A DNA stretch of 64,000 bases, from contig JBAZTA010000003.1 in the NCBI GenBank assembly GCA_041662125.1, positions 135,992 through 199,991 on the forward strand, given 5' to 3'. The stretch's first letter is position 1, and every line of letters starts with the position of its first letter. Below are positions 9,817-19,312 of this stretch, in pieces. A program made the translations under genes and the position numbers. The notes beneath the pieces were generated by a model. It saw nothing but the letters and a program-made list of their open reading frames with translations. It searched no databases and was not told where the DNA came from. The DNA is from Candidatus Omnitrophota bacterium (GTDB lineage Bacteria > Omnitrophota > Gorgyraeia > Gygaellales > Profunditerraquicolaceae).

Positions 9817-10821
9817 TTATTCCCCTTTTCTCTCTCTTGTCATTAAATCTTTTACTGCTTTAAGCGGGGATTTATTTTTATAAAGAACAGAATAAACTTC
9901 TTTAATGATCGGAACATCAATGCGATATTTTAAACCTAAATCATACGCCGATTTTGCGGTCGGAACGCCTTCAGCAACCATATTCATGCCAGAACTGATC
10001 TCTTTCAATGTTTTTCCTTTTCCTATTTGTTCGCCGACAAAACGGTTACGGCTATAGGGGCTGATGCAGGTCGTGACTAAGTCCCCTAAACCGCTTATGC
10101 CGCTGAAGGTGCTTATTTTTGCTCCCATCGCTTGGCCAAGCCGTGAGATTTCTGCTAATCCCCGGGACAAAATCGCCGCTTTAGTATTCGTGCCAAATCC
10201 CAGCCCGTCAGATATTCCACAGGCTATGGCAATAATGTTTTTCAGGCTGCCTCCTACTTCTACCCCGATAACGTCTTCGTTAGTATACACACGAAACCTT
10301 TCAGACATGAATATATCCTGAAGGTATTTTCCCGTTTTTTTGTCATGTGAAGCAATAACCGCAGTTGTCGGAATGCCTTGAGCGACTTCTTGAGCAATGG
10401 TCGGCCCTGAAAGCACTGCTAGTTTTATATGCCCTAATTCTTCATGAATGATCTCTGATATCCGTTTATGAGAACCAATTTCAATTCCTTTAGTGACACT
10501 TACATAGATGCTCTTGCGCGAATAAGGAAGTGCTTTGATCTTTCGTAATATTTCTCGAATATATTGGGAAGGGATCGCAAGGATAATGATGTCCTTATTT
10601 TTAAGGGTTTTTTCCAAATTACTCGTAATTTCAATCTGCGCAGGGATCTTTATACCCGGCAAAAACTTGGTATTCGTGCGTTTTTTATTGAGTAAGTCAC
10701 TATAATCCTTAAATGCTCCCCAGAGGGTTATGGAAAAGCCTTGACGATAGAGCAGTATTGCTAGTGTTGTCCCCCAGCCTCCATCCCCTAAAATAGCTAT
10801 ATGCGCCTTATTTCTTTTCAT
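9817..10821 (-). CDS. gpsA: NAD(P)H-dependent glycerol-3-phosphate dehydrogenase
   Basis: 334 aa. 'IAILGDGGWGTTLAILL' is the GpsA Rossmann N-terminus. Confidence 0.9.
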   Translation of the reverse strand: MKRNKAHIAILGDGGWGTTLAILLYRQGFSITLWGAFKDYSDLLNKKRTNTKFLPGIKIPAQIEITSNLEKTLKNKDIIILAIPSQYIREILRKIKALPYSRKSIYVSVTKGIEIGSHKRISEIIHEELGHIKLAVLSGPTIAQEVAQGIPTTAVIASHDKKTGKYLQDIFMSERFRVYTNEDVIGVEVGGSLKNIIAIACGISDGLGFGTNTKAAILSRGLAEISRLGQAMGAKISTFSGISGLGDLVTTCISPYSRNRFVGEQIGKGKTLKEISSGMNMVAEGVPTAKSAYDLGLKYRIDVPIIKEVYSVLYKNKSPLKAVKDLMTRERKGE

Positions 10822-11224
10822 TATCCTGTTCTTTTTGTAAGAAAAAACCCTGGGGATAGATATTCGTCAGGTTTTTTTCTTCACGGGTTACAAATTGAAG
10901 CCCGACGGTATAACTGTCAGTATTGATCGATTCGATCCTGACTACTTTTCCGATAACACCATTTTGGTAAATGAAGCTTTTCTTTTCTATGTCTTCGCAG
11001 ACATTTAACACATTGCGGTCAAATGAAAGCCATAAAATATCGTCTTTACGGACTTTGTCTTTGATTTTACACAAAATTCCAGATTCGCTTATATCAGACG
11101 TATATCCCTGAAGCAGTTTTGAAACAGTTTCTTTGGTACATACTTTGTAGGCCAGCGGCGTAATATAATCCAAGCGGACAAACTGCCGCCGTTCAGGCCC
11201 TGGATATTCTTTTTTTTCTGCCAT
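10808..11224 (-). CDS. PilZ domain protein
   Basis: 138 aa. 'PERRQFVRL' (RxxxR) and 'SDISESGIL' (DxSxxG) are the PilZ motifs. Confidence 0.65.
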   Translation of the reverse strand: MAEKKEYPGPERRQFVRLDYITPLAYKVCTKETVSKLLQGYTSDISESGILCKIKDKVRKDDILWLSFDRNVLNVCEDIEKKSFIYQNGVIGKVVRIESINTDSYTVGLQFVTREEKNLTNIYPQGFFLQKEQDNEKK

Positions 11225-11292
11225 TGTCTTTGATCCTGAACAATTCTTTCATGCTGCAACAAAAATTACAGTAAAAAAATTGTTTTATAGTA

Positions 11293-11366
11293 TGGAGCGG
11301 GAGAGGGGAATCGAACCCCCATATATAGCTTGGAAGGCTATTGTTCTACCACTGAACTACTCCCGC
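11293..11366 (-). tRNA. tRNA-Gly (anticodon UCC), CCA encoded
   Basis: Manual fold: GCGGGAG acceptor, GTTC/GAAC D-stem, anticodon loop CTTCCAA giving anticodon TCC, T-loop TTCGATT, 3' CTCCCGC-T-CCA. Confidence 0.85.
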
Positions 11367-11378
11367 GTATTATTATAG

Positions 11379-11462
11379 TGGGCAGGGAGGGATTCGAACC
11401 CCCGAAGCACGAAGTGCAACAGATTTACAGTCTGTCCCCTTTAGCCACTTGGGTACCTGCCC
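11379..11462 (-). tRNA. tRNA-Tyr (anticodon GUA), type II with long variable arm
   Basis: Manual fold: GGGCAGG acceptor, anticodon loop TGTAAAT giving anticodon GTA, long variable arm GCACTTCGTGCTTC, T-loop TTCGAAT. 84 nt, no CCA. Confidence 0.85.
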
Positions 11463-11480
11463 TTATGCTGAATTATAATA

Positions 11481-11553
11481 AGCTGGCGAGAGGAATTGAA
11501 CCCCCGACCCGCGGTTTACAAAACCGCTGCTCTGCCAACTGAGCTACGCCAGC
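11481..11553 (-). tRNA. tRNA-Thr (anticodon UGU)
   Basis: Manual fold: GCTGGCG/CGCCAGC acceptor, D-arm GCTCAGTTGGCAGAGC, anticodon stem GCGGT/ACCGC with loop TTTGTAA giving anticodon TGT, T-loop TTCAATT. Confidence 0.85.
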
Positions 11554-11570
11554 AATTATTGCGTTCTAAA

Positions 11571-12431
11571 CTAACTGCACCGCTTTATAGCCTCAGGGAT
11601 TGTATCAATAATATCTGAAGCAATCAAGGAAATTTGTGATTTTTCTTTTGCGGCTAAATCACCGGCTAAGCCATGAATATATACCGCGTATTTGGCAGCA
11701 TTAAAAATATCAAGCTTTTGCCCGATAAATGCGGCAATAACCCCGCATAAAACATCACCGCTTCCTGCGGTTGCCATACCGGGATTGCCTGTTTTATTAA
11801 GGTAACTGTTCCCTGCGCGATCGGCGATGACTGTGTGGTGGCCTTTTAAAACAACGGTTACATTATAATCGTTTGCGAAGGTTTTTGCAATCATTTCCCT
11901 GTTCTTTTGTACATACGCTGTTTTTACGCCTAAAATCCTCGCCATTTCTCCCGGATGCGGCGTGATTACTATCCGGGATTCAGGAGCCCTTTTTTTTAAA
12001 ATATGTATGTTCCCTTTGAGTGCGTTTAAGCCGTCAGCATCAAGGATCAAAGGTTTGGTATTACTGACGACGATCGAACGTATCAGCTCTTGCGTTGATT
12101 TATTTTGAGAAAGGCCGCACCCGACAACCATGCAGTCACACTCGCTTGAGAAATTCTGTATGATATCCTTGGCGCGTATCCCGATTGTTCCCTCCTTTGT
12201 TTCAGGCAAAGGAAAGGTCATTACTTCCAGCGGTTTGATCTTTATCACTGCGTTATTCAAACTCCGGGGTATCCCTAAACTTACCTTACCTGCTCCCGAA
12301 CGCATAGCCGCGCTGCTGCATAAAACACCTGCACCTGAATATCTTCTTGAACCGGCTACAATGAAAATATGCCCAAAATCGCCTTTGTGGGCATCAGATT
12401 TTCGATGTAATAATAGCGTTGGCAACCGCAT
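11571..12431 (-). CDS. nnrD: ADP-dependent NAD(P)H-hydrate dehydratase (YjeF C-terminal domain)
   Basis: 286 aa. 'HKGDFGHIFIVAGSRRYSGAGVLCSSAAMRSGAG' is the carbohydrate-kinase-like YjeF_C signature. Confidence 0.8.
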   Translation of the reverse strand: MRLPTLLLHRKSDAHKGDFGHIFIVAGSRRYSGAGVLCSSAAMRSGAGKVSLGIPRSLNNAVIKIKPLEVMTFPLPETKEGTIGIRAKDIIQNFSSECDCMVVGCGLSQNKSTQELIRSIVVSNTKPLILDADGLNALKGNIHILKKRAPESRIVITPHPGEMARILGVKTAYVQKNREMIAKTFANDYNVTVVLKGHHTVIADRAGNSYLNKTGNPGMATAGSGDVLCGVIAAFIGQKLDIFNAAKYAVYIHGLAGDLAAKEKSQISLIASDIIDTIPEAIKRCS

Positions 12432-12750
12432 AATTTTTTACGTGAGAAATTGAAACAAAGACGATTATTTTCTTTCCTTTGTTGTTTAAAATACGGCACA
12501 GGGGTTTTCCTTCTTTATCATTCATTATTTCTATATCTTTCCAATTCAAGCGGACGTCACCGGCGGCTTTAAAAACCGCTTCTTTGGCCGCAAAACGGCC
12601 TGCCAGGTGCTGGTAGAGGCTTACGCGAGTTTTTGCATTCTCCAACTCTGCATGGGTGAATATACGAGTTAAGAAGCTCTTCCCCCATCGTTCTACTGCT
12701 TTACGTAACCGCGTTACTTCAGTTATGTCGACGCCTGTGCCAATGATCAT
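12394..12750 (-). CDS. acpS: holo-[acyl-carrier-protein] synthase (4'-phosphopantetheinyl transferase)
   Basis: 118 aa. 'MIIGTGVDITEVTRL...FAAKEAVFKA' are the AcpS motifs. Confidence 0.8.
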   Translation of the reverse strand: MIIGTGVDITEVTRLRKAVERWGKSFLTRIFTHAELENAKTRVSLYQHLAGRFAAKEAVFKAAGDVRLNWKDIEIMNDKEGKPLCRILNNKGKKIIVFVSISHVKNYAVANAIITSKI

Positions 12751-12751
12751 T

Positions 12752-13471
12752 TTAACGGTTTACTATATACTTCATTTCACGGACTGCCTGTTCTAATCCT
12801 ACTATTACCGAGCGGCAGATGATCGAATATCCGATATTAAGCTCTTCTATTTCAGTGATTTGTTTCAGGGCATCTACGTTCTTGTAATCCAGGCCATGTC
12901 CGGCAAAAACACTGAATCCCTGTTCGCTGGCGTAAAAGCTTGCGCTTTTAAGTTCCTGAAAGTAAACTTTTTTTTGGGTTGTTGATTTTGCTTCAGCGTA
13001 GCGGCCGGTATGGAGTTCGATCATTGAAACACCCAAGCTTCTGGCAGCGTCGATCTGGTTTTTATCGGGATCGATAAACAAACTTACCGCGATGCCGGCT
13101 TTCTTGAATTTTAAAAGTGCCGTTTTAAGCCTTTGCTTGTTCCGCAGAACATTGAGTCCGCCTTCAGTGGTTAATTCCTGCCTTTTTTCAGGGACGATGG
13201 TCACCTGTCCAGGTTTTACTTTACAGGCTAACGTTAGTATCGTTTCATTCAAGGACATCTCCAAGTTGAATTTTGTTTTAACCATCTCTTTTAATAAGAA
13301 GATATCCCGGTCTTGTATGTGCCTGCGGTCTTCCCGCAGGTGAGCAACGATACTATCTGCTCCGGCAGCCTCGCATAAAGAGGCGGCTAATACCGGGTCA
13401 GGTTCTGACCCTCCCCGCGCCTGGCGCAGCGTTGCCACATGATCTATATTGACTCCGAGGTTGATCGCCAT
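12752..13471 (-). CDS. pdxJ: pyridoxine 5'-phosphate synthase
   Basis: 239 aa. 'LGVNIDHVATLRQARG...DPV' is the PdxJ N-terminus. Confidence 0.9.
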   Translation of the reverse strand: MAINLGVNIDHVATLRQARGGSEPDPVLAASLCEAAGADSIVAHLREDRRHIQDRDIFLLKEMVKTKFNLEMSLNETILTLACKVKPGQVTIVPEKRQELTTEGGLNVLRNKQRLKTALLKFKKAGIAVSLFIDPDKNQIDAARSLGVSMIELHTGRYAEAKSTTQKKVYFQELKSASFYASEQGFSVFAGHGLDYKNVDALKQITEIEELNIGYSIICRSVIVGLEQAVREMKYIVNR

Positions 13472-13496
13472 AGGGCGCTTATTGAAACGATTTTAT

Positions 13497-13631
13497 TCAA
13501 ATCGTTTCAATTTCTCCTTTAACATAGAACCATACCAGAATAGCTAATAATAATGCGACTATTTTAAGCCACGGGTGGACCTGAAGCCATGCGTCAAGTT
13601 TACCCCGGATACTCGGCCTTTCTTTTTTCAT
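13497..13631 (-). CDS. possible small membrane protein (44 aa), hypothetical
   Basis: Hand-translated minus frame 'MKKERPSIRGKLDAWLQVHPWLKIVALLLAILVWFYVKGEIETI' in the cdaA-pdxJ intergenic region. It has a hydrophobic helix. It is below the ORF-track size cut-off. Confidence 0.2.
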   Translation of the reverse strand: MKKERPSIRGKLDAWLQVHPWLKIVALLLAILVWFYVKGEIETI

Positions 13632-13638
13632 TGAGGAC

Positions 13639-14379
13639 TCACGGTTTAAAGATTTCTTTTACTTTCGAGAACAATTCTTCCCTGCTTAAATCTTTATATA
13701 ATCTTGATTCATAGACCAGCGATATATCCTGGCGTTCTTCAGAAACGACAATGATAACCGCGTCTGTTTCTTCGCTCAGGCCCAGCGCAGCGCGATGCCG
13801 AGTCCCGAAAATCCTGCTTAAGTCTTGGTTTTGCGTAAGCGGGAATAAGCATCCGGCTGCCATGATACGGCCTTGCTGAATGACTAATCCTCCGTCATGC
13901 AATAAACTGTTCGGCGTAAAAATTGTTTGAATTAAGTCAGAAGTCACATCAGCGTTTATAAGGGCGCCGGTTTCGATATATGAGGTTAACGGGTCATTTT
14001 TTTCTATAGTTATCAGTGCCCCGATCTTATTCTTACTGAGGTTTTCAGCAGCTTTACTGATTTGCGTTAAAATATAATCAAACTCTTCTTTTTTTGAATT
14101 CATTCCTGCGCGGTGCCGCTGTCCCAAACGTGCCAGCCCCTGGCGTATTTCAGGATGAAAGATTATTAACGTGGCAATAACTGAAATGGCAAATAGTTTT
14201 GTTAAGAGCCATCCTAAGACTTCAAAGTTCAGTTTTTGGAATAGAAAAAAGGCCAGTAAAAGAATGATAATGCCGCGTAAAACCTGGATAGCCCGGGTTC
14301 CCTCGAAGAAAAGCAATATATGATAAATAACTACCCAAAGAATTATAACTTCAACCATTGTTTTTAGAATAAGTGTCAT
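13639..14379 (-). CDS. cdaA: diadenylate cyclase (c-di-AMP synthase), membrane-anchored CdaA/DacA type
   Basis: 246 aa. Three N-terminal TM helices are followed by DisA_N motifs 'HDGGLVIQ', 'GTRHRAALGLSEETDAVIIVVSEE'. Confidence 0.85.
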   Translation of the reverse strand: MTLILKTMVEVIILWVVIYHILLFFEGTRAIQVLRGIIILLLAFFLFQKLNFEVLGWLLTKLFAISVIATLIIFHPEIRQGLARLGQRHRAGMNSKKEEFDYILTQISKAAENLSKNKIGALITIEKNDPLTSYIETGALINADVTSDLIQTIFTPNSLLHDGGLVIQQGRIMAAGCLFPLTQNQDLSRIFGTRHRAALGLSEETDAVIIVVSEERQDISLVYESRLYKDLSREELFSKVKEIFKP

Positions 14380-14402
14380 TTTCTTGCCACCGTTAAAAGA
14401 TT

Positions 14403-15608
14403 TTAATGATGTTGGATCGCCTCCGCTACTTTTAATGCTTGAGAAACCGCTAAGACATCATGCACCCTGAGTATTTGCGCGCCGTTTTGCGCCGCCACAA
14501 CAGAAGCTGCGAGTGTGCCGAAAATGCGCGCATCTGCGGGTACCTTGAGGATCTTACCGATAAATGATTTTCTCGAAGGGCCCACTAAGACGGGCTTGCC
14601 CAAAACTTTAAGTTCTTTGAGGTGTTTTAAGATTTCAAGGTTATGCCGGTAATCCTTTCCAAAACCGATCCCCGGGTCAATAATGATCTTATTTTCAGCT
14701 ATGCCTGCATCTGTTGCCCGTTTAACAGCACTGCCGAGATACCCAATGATTTCATCCATCACTGATTGATATGACGGTTTTTTTTGCATGGTTTGCGGCG
14801 AGCCTTGCATATGCATAAGCACGACGGTAGCTTTGTATCGCGCTGCGATTTTTGCCATGGCAGGGCAGCGTAACCCCGATATATCATTAACTATAACCGC
14901 GCCATTATCCAAAGCTTGCCGGGCAACTTCGGGCTTATACGTATCAATTGATAGAGGGATTTTAATTTTCTTTGCCAAAAGTTTAACTACCGGAATAGTC
15001 CGTTTTAGTTCTTCTTTGAGTGCAAGCGGTTGAGCTCCCGGCCGGCTTGATTCTCCCCCGATATCAATGATATCGGCGCCATCGTTTTTTAGTTTTTCAG
15101 CGAACATCACGATTTCATTGAATCGTGATGAAGCGATACATTGATAGAGGCCGTCATTGCTGAAGGAATCCGGGGTAAGATTAAGTATACCCATCAGCGC
15201 AGTGCGTTTTTTTAAGGGTATCCGTGTATCCTTGAGCTTCAGGGAAAAATTGTCTTTATGATACTGCGATAATAATACTTTTAACTCTTTTGCAATAAGG
15301 CGCAGGCCAAAGGGTTGCATTGAAAGTTTTTCGATCACGCGAGTTACCTGGGATTGATTGCCGATAATGAGGCAATCGGTTTGCTTGGGTTGTGTTGTTA
15401 GAATATCCCGCGCGACCGCGGCATCCCCTCCCGCTGAAAGCATCTCTTGTTTCAGGATGTTGGCGACAAGAGAGGTTATGCCCTTTATCCTGATGAGGTA
15501 ATTTGCCGCTTTCGGCGCCATTATTTTAATTCCATAGGGGTCTACTTTTAACTCATGGAATATTTTTTTCAAATCCTTCAGGTCGTGTATCTGCAGAATG
15601 CGTATCAT
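14403..15608 (-). CDS. folP: dihydropteroate synthase with an N-terminal extension of about 130 aa
   Basis: 401 aa. The C-terminal 270 aa form the pterin-binding DHPS barrel ('LMGILNLTPDSFSNDG', 'IIDIGGESSRPGA', 'SIDTYK'). The N-terminal 130 aa (15219..15608) are an extra domain. Confidence 0.85.
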   Translation of the reverse strand: MIRILQIHDLKDLKKIFHELKVDPYGIKIMAPKAANYLIRIKGITSLVANILKQEMLSAGGDAAVARDILTTQPKQTDCLIIGNQSQVTRVIEKLSMQPFGLRLIAKELKVLLSQYHKDNFSLKLKDTRIPLKKRTALMGILNLTPDSFSNDGLYQCIASSRFNEIVMFAEKLKNDGADIIDIGGESSRPGAQPLALKEELKRTIPVVKLLAKKIKIPLSIDTYKPEVARQALDNGAVIVNDISGLRCPAMAKIAARYKATVVLMHMQGSPQTMQKKPSYQSVMDEIIGYLGSAVKRATDAGIAENKIIIDPGIGFGKDYRHNLEILKHLKELKVLGKPVLVGPSRKSFIGKILKVPADARIFGTLAASVVAAQNGAQILRVHDVLAVSQALKVAEAIQHH

Positions 15609-15624
15609 TATTAAGAGAAATACT

Positions 15625-17490
15625 TTAAACCAGTTCCTTTTTTTGAATACCGAGTAATTTTTTTACTTCTTCTCCGTCTAAGACTTCTTTTTCCAATAAG
15701 GCGTTTGATAAAATCTTTAACTTATCCATATTTTGCTGTAACATTTCTTTAGCTTTTAAATAGGATTCACTGGCGATTTTTTTGACTTCTTCATCGATGA
15801 TGCGCGCGGTTTCCTCGCTGTAGTTGCGTTCTTCCATGATATCGCGGCCTAAAAACACCAGGCCTTCCCGTTTACCGAGGGTGATATTCCCGAGTTTTTC
15901 CGACATTCCAAACTGGCAGACCATGCGCCGTGCCATTTGCGTCGCCATCTCTAAATCATTTTGCGCGCCGGTAGTTACTTCTTTTAAGGTCAATTCTTCA
16001 GATGCCCTGCCGCCTAACATGAGGGTGATTTCAGCCCGCAATTCGCTCTTGGACCAATAGTGCCTGTCTTCAAGCGGAGGAGTAAACGTATACCCTCCAG
16101 CCAGGCCGCGAGGAATAATGGAAACCTTGCGTAAAGGATTTACTTCGGGTATGAGCAATGATAAAAGTGCATGCCCTGATTCGTGAAGCGAAGTGATCTC
16201 TTTTTCTTTTTTGGAAATAATATGGCTCTTTTTTTCCGGGCCCATGATGACCCGTTCAACTGATTTCTCAAAATCGATCATTTCAACGGATTCTTTGTTA
16301 AACCGGGCACCTAATAATGCCGCTTCGTTGCATAAATTTGCTATGTCAGCACCTGAAAAACCCGGAGTCTGACTGGCGATGACTTTAAAGTCGACTGATG
16401 GGGACAATTTAATCTTACGCGTATGGACTTTTAAGATCTCTTCTCTTCCTTTTATATCGGGAAGGTTTACCACAATGGTACGGTCGAATCTTCCGGGCCG
16501 TAACAGCGCGGGATCGAGCGTGTCAGGCCGGTTGGTCGCTGCGATAAGGATCAATCCCTGCAACGTATCAAAACCGTCCATTTCTACTAACAGCGCGTTT
16601 AAAGTCTGTTCCCTTTCATCATGGCCGCCGCCTATACCGGAAAAACGCAGGCGTCCTACCGCGTCGATTTCATCAATAAAAATAATAGCTCCTTTACCTG
16701 AAGATTTAGCGGCACGCCTTCCTTGTTCGAACAAATCCCGCACCCGGCTGGCGCCGACACCGACAAACATTTCCACAAAATCAGAGCCGCTTAATGAATA
16801 AAACGGGACTTCTGCCTCCCCCGCGACTGCTTTCGCCAGAAGTGTTTTGCCTGTTCCCGGAGGCCCGACCAGTAAGACCCCTTTCGGGATTTTTCCTCCC
16901 AGCTTTTGGAATTTCTTCGGGTCTTTTAAGAATTCAATGACCTCGCTTAATTCTTCTTTAGCTTCATCGACTCCCGCGACATCTTTGAAGGTTATTTTCT
17001 CAGTATCTTTATCGCCGGATATTTTAGTCCTGATTTTTCCAAATGTCATGATTTTGTTGCCTAACTGTTCACCGCGTGAGGCCATCATCCACCAGAAAAT
17101 GATCAAAATAACCACCGGGCCGAGATAGTAAAAAAGATTCGCCCATAATGTCTGCGGTGGCTTTACGTCAAATCGGCTCAAGTTTTTCCTCATGAGGTTA
17201 AGCAGTTCTGTGTCATTCTCCGGGATATGCAGGAAAAACTTGGAACGGTCAATCATCTCTCCTTGCATGAGATTGTCGATTTTGGTTACAGAATAGATCC
17301 GTGCAGGTTCTTCGTTAAGTATTTTATAGAAATCGCTGTAAGTCATTTCTTTAGGGATGCCTGAGAGGTTTACATCAAAACCGCGTATAATTAAAATAAA
17401 GACAAAAAAAGCGATAATCCAGCCGAGCGGCAAACGTTTGAGGAAATTAGTATCTTTTTTTGATTTAGGAGCATTATATTGATTAGCCAT
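15625..17490 (-). CDS. ftsH: ATP-dependent zinc metalloprotease FtsH
   Basis: 621 aa. Two TM segments, Walker A 'GPPGTGKT', the second-region-of-homology motif 'AATNRPD', and the zinc motif 'HESGHAL' are present. Confidence 0.95.
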   Translation of the reverse strand: MANQYNAPKSKKDTNFLKRLPLGWIIAFFVFILIIRGFDVNLSGIPKEMTYSDFYKILNEEPARIYSVTKIDNLMQGEMIDRSKFFLHIPENDTELLNLMRKNLSRFDVKPPQTLWANLFYYLGPVVILIIFWWMMASRGEQLGNKIMTFGKIRTKISGDKDTEKITFKDVAGVDEAKEELSEVIEFLKDPKKFQKLGGKIPKGVLLVGPPGTGKTLLAKAVAGEAEVPFYSLSGSDFVEMFVGVGASRVRDLFEQGRRAAKSSGKGAIIFIDEIDAVGRLRFSGIGGGHDEREQTLNALLVEMDGFDTLQGLILIAATNRPDTLDPALLRPGRFDRTIVVNLPDIKGREEILKVHTRKIKLSPSVDFKVIASQTPGFSGADIANLCNEAALLGARFNKESVEMIDFEKSVERVIMGPEKKSHIISKKEKEITSLHESGHALLSLLIPEVNPLRKVSIIPRGLAGGYTFTPPLEDRHYWSKSELRAEITLMLGGRASEELTLKEVTTGAQNDLEMATQMARRMVCQFGMSEKLGNITLGKREGLVFLGRDIMEERNYSEETARIIDEEVKKIASESYLKAKEMLQQNMDKLKILSNALLEKEVLDGEEVKKLLGIQKKELV

Positions 17491-17559
17491 GATAAACCTT
17501 TCTTTTAGTTAAAGATTAGAAAAATTATTATACCGTTAATTATCCCTTAAATCAAGTGA

Positions 17560-18534
17560 TTATTGCTGTTTTTTCAGGTAGAAACGCAGGTTTTTCTTTA
17601 ATTTTACGGCGGAAATACCTTTAGGCAGGTCTACAATGGAGTTTATCGGCCGGTTGTGGATCATGTCTTCGATCTCAAGGATATGGGTAAAATTGATACG
17701 GCGGGTATCGCCGATTATCTGAGTGATCTTTAGCCGTAACAGGAGACGCTGCATGGAAATATGTAATTTTAAGAATTTTTCCAAAGCTATGTCTTTTCCC
17801 ATCTTCTTGATGATATGGAGTGCAGCTTGCCTCAAGTAATCATAGTCATAGCCGGCATTTTCAGCAAGATTACTTAAAAGTTCTTGAATATTGACGTTGT
17901 ATCCCTTTTCCAAGGTTGGAATTAACTGGTTCCTGAGCTTATTTCTAAAATAAACATCGCTGGCATTGGTTTGGTCTATGCAAAAAGAAATCTTTTTGTG
18001 CTTCAAGAATCTTTCAATGTCTTTACGTTGAATTCCCAGTAAGGGGCGGATAATGCAGTGTCCGGCAATCGTGCGTTTAGGCAAGATGCCCGATAACCCG
18101 TATAATCCTGTCCCCCGGATAATACGCATAAGTACTGTTTCTGCCTGGTCATTGAGATTATGGCCTAAGGCGATTTTTGTCGATTTTGTCTGGTTAGCGA
18201 TCTTAAAAAGAAATCCTAATCTTTTTTCCCGCGCAATTTCTTCAATTGAACCTTTGCGGGGAGATTTTCTAACATTAATCTTCTCATTCGAACAGGGGAT
18301 TGATAGGGAATCAGCCAGTTTTTTCACGAACAGAGCATCCCGAGATGAATCTTGGCGTAACATATGGTCAAGATGGGCAATATGCAGCTCAATGCCAAGT
18401 TCTTTTCGTAAGGCGTCAAGGCAGTAGGTTAAGGCAACAGAGTCAGGCCCGCCGGAAACACCAATCAGGATCTTATCTTTTTTGGCGATCAGGGCGTATT
18501 GTTGAATTGTATTCTTTACTTTATCGATAAACAT
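17560..18534 (-). CDS. tilS: tRNA(Ile)-lysidine synthetase
   Basis: 324 aa. The PP-loop 'ILIGVSGGPDSVAL' places it in the TilS/MesJ family. Confidence 0.85.
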   Translation of the reverse strand: MFIDKVKNTIQQYALIAKKDKILIGVSGGPDSVALTYCLDALRKELGIELHIAHLDHMLRQDSSRDALFVKKLADSLSIPCSNEKINVRKSPRKGSIEEIAREKRLGFLFKIANQTKSTKIALGHNLNDQAETVLMRIIRGTGLYGLSGILPKRTIAGHCIIRPLLGIQRKDIERFLKHKKISFCIDQTNASDVYFRNKLRNQLIPTLEKGYNVNIQELLSNLAENAGYDYDYLRQAALHIIKKMGKDIALEKFLKLHISMQRLLLRLKITQIIGDTRRINFTHILEIEDMIHNRPINSIVDLPKGISAVKLKKNLRFYLKKQQ

Positions 18535-18636
18535 GATTTTTTAAACTAGGTAAGTTTCAACAACCAATCGTCAACATTCCCCCTTTGTCTTACCATAGAA
18601 TCGTGGAGGTGAATACTCGAAATTTAATGCGCGTGA

Positions 18637-18855
18637 TTATGATCCAGCTATTATTTCTTTAGCTCGTTGCGTTTCATTGGGGAACAGATCTGCGGGTACT
18701 TTATCTGTCCCTAAGGTTTTAAGGACGAGATACCGTGCGCAACTTGAATTATTACCCTGACAATAGGATTTTTTATAGATTTGAGCGGTAGCGGGGGCAT
18801 TTTTCATTTTGTCGTTAAAGAAAATACACGTGAGCAATTTTTCGCAATCAGCCAT
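18637..18855 (-). CDS. hypothetical small Cys-containing protein (start trimmed away from the tRNA overlap)
   Basis: The ORF-track frame 18637..18924 begins inside the adjacent tRNA. The internal start is 'MADCEKLL...' with ATG at 18853-18855. There is no recognisable domain. Confidence 0.25.
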   Translation of the reverse strand: MADCEKLLTCIFFNDKMKNAPATAQIYKKSYCQGNNSSCARYLVLKTLGTDKVPADLFPNETQRAKEIIAGS

Positions 18856-18893
18856 AGTTAAGCTCCTTTTATTTCGAGGTTTTAAAATTTTAG

Positions 18894-18967
18894 TGGCGGA
18901 GAGAGGATTTAAACCTCCGACCAAGCGGGTATGAGCCGCGTGCTCTATCAGGCTGAGCTACTCCGCC
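18894..18967 (-). tRNA. tRNA with CAU anticodon (elongator Met or, plausibly, tRNA-Ile2 / lysidine type)
   Basis: Manual fold: GGCGGAG/CTCCGCC acceptor with 1:72 paired, so it is not an initiator. D-arm GCTCAGCCTGATAGAGC, anticodon loop CTCATAC giving anticodon CAT, variable loop TTGGTC, T-arm GGAGG-TTTAAAT-CCTCT. No CCA. It sits immediately upstream of tilS. Confidence 0.8.
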
Positions 18968-19026
18968 AAGTGAGATTAGAAAAGTAATAGTAGCATAAAT
19001 TTACTAAAAAGCAAATGGAGTTTATC

Positions 19027-19296
19027 TCACTTCAACATTGCATCGATTTCTTGGGCCTTGCTGGACATCCTCTCGGTAGCCTTATGGATCTTTTCCTGGC
19101 TGGTATTTACCAGAGAGTTATACCCGGTAGCATCAATACCGTCTTCTTGCAGGGTTTTTACCTCTTTTTGATTAAGCGATGGTTTTAGAAAATATTTATT
19201 AATTAGAATGGAGCTCAGCCATGCAATGATCGCTATGGAAATCAACAGCTGTAACAATAAAGATCCTCGTTTGCTATTCATAGATTTTGCGGCCAT
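19027..19296 (-). CDS. hypothetical small membrane protein
   Basis: 89 aa with a single predicted TM helix ('LLLQLLISIAIIAWLSSILI'). No recognisable domain. Confidence 0.3.
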   Translation of the reverse strand: MAAKSMNSKRGSLLLQLLISIAIIAWLSSILINKYFLKPSLNQKEVKTLQEDGIDATGYNSLVNTSQEKIHKATERMSSKAQEIDAMLK

Positions 19297-19312
19297 AGGT
19301 TTTTAAAAACAG

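Noticed and set aside
11330-11542. 70-aa plus-strand ORF
   Set aside because: It lies entirely over the Gly/Tyr/Thr tRNA gene cluster (antisense), so it is an ORF-caller artefact.
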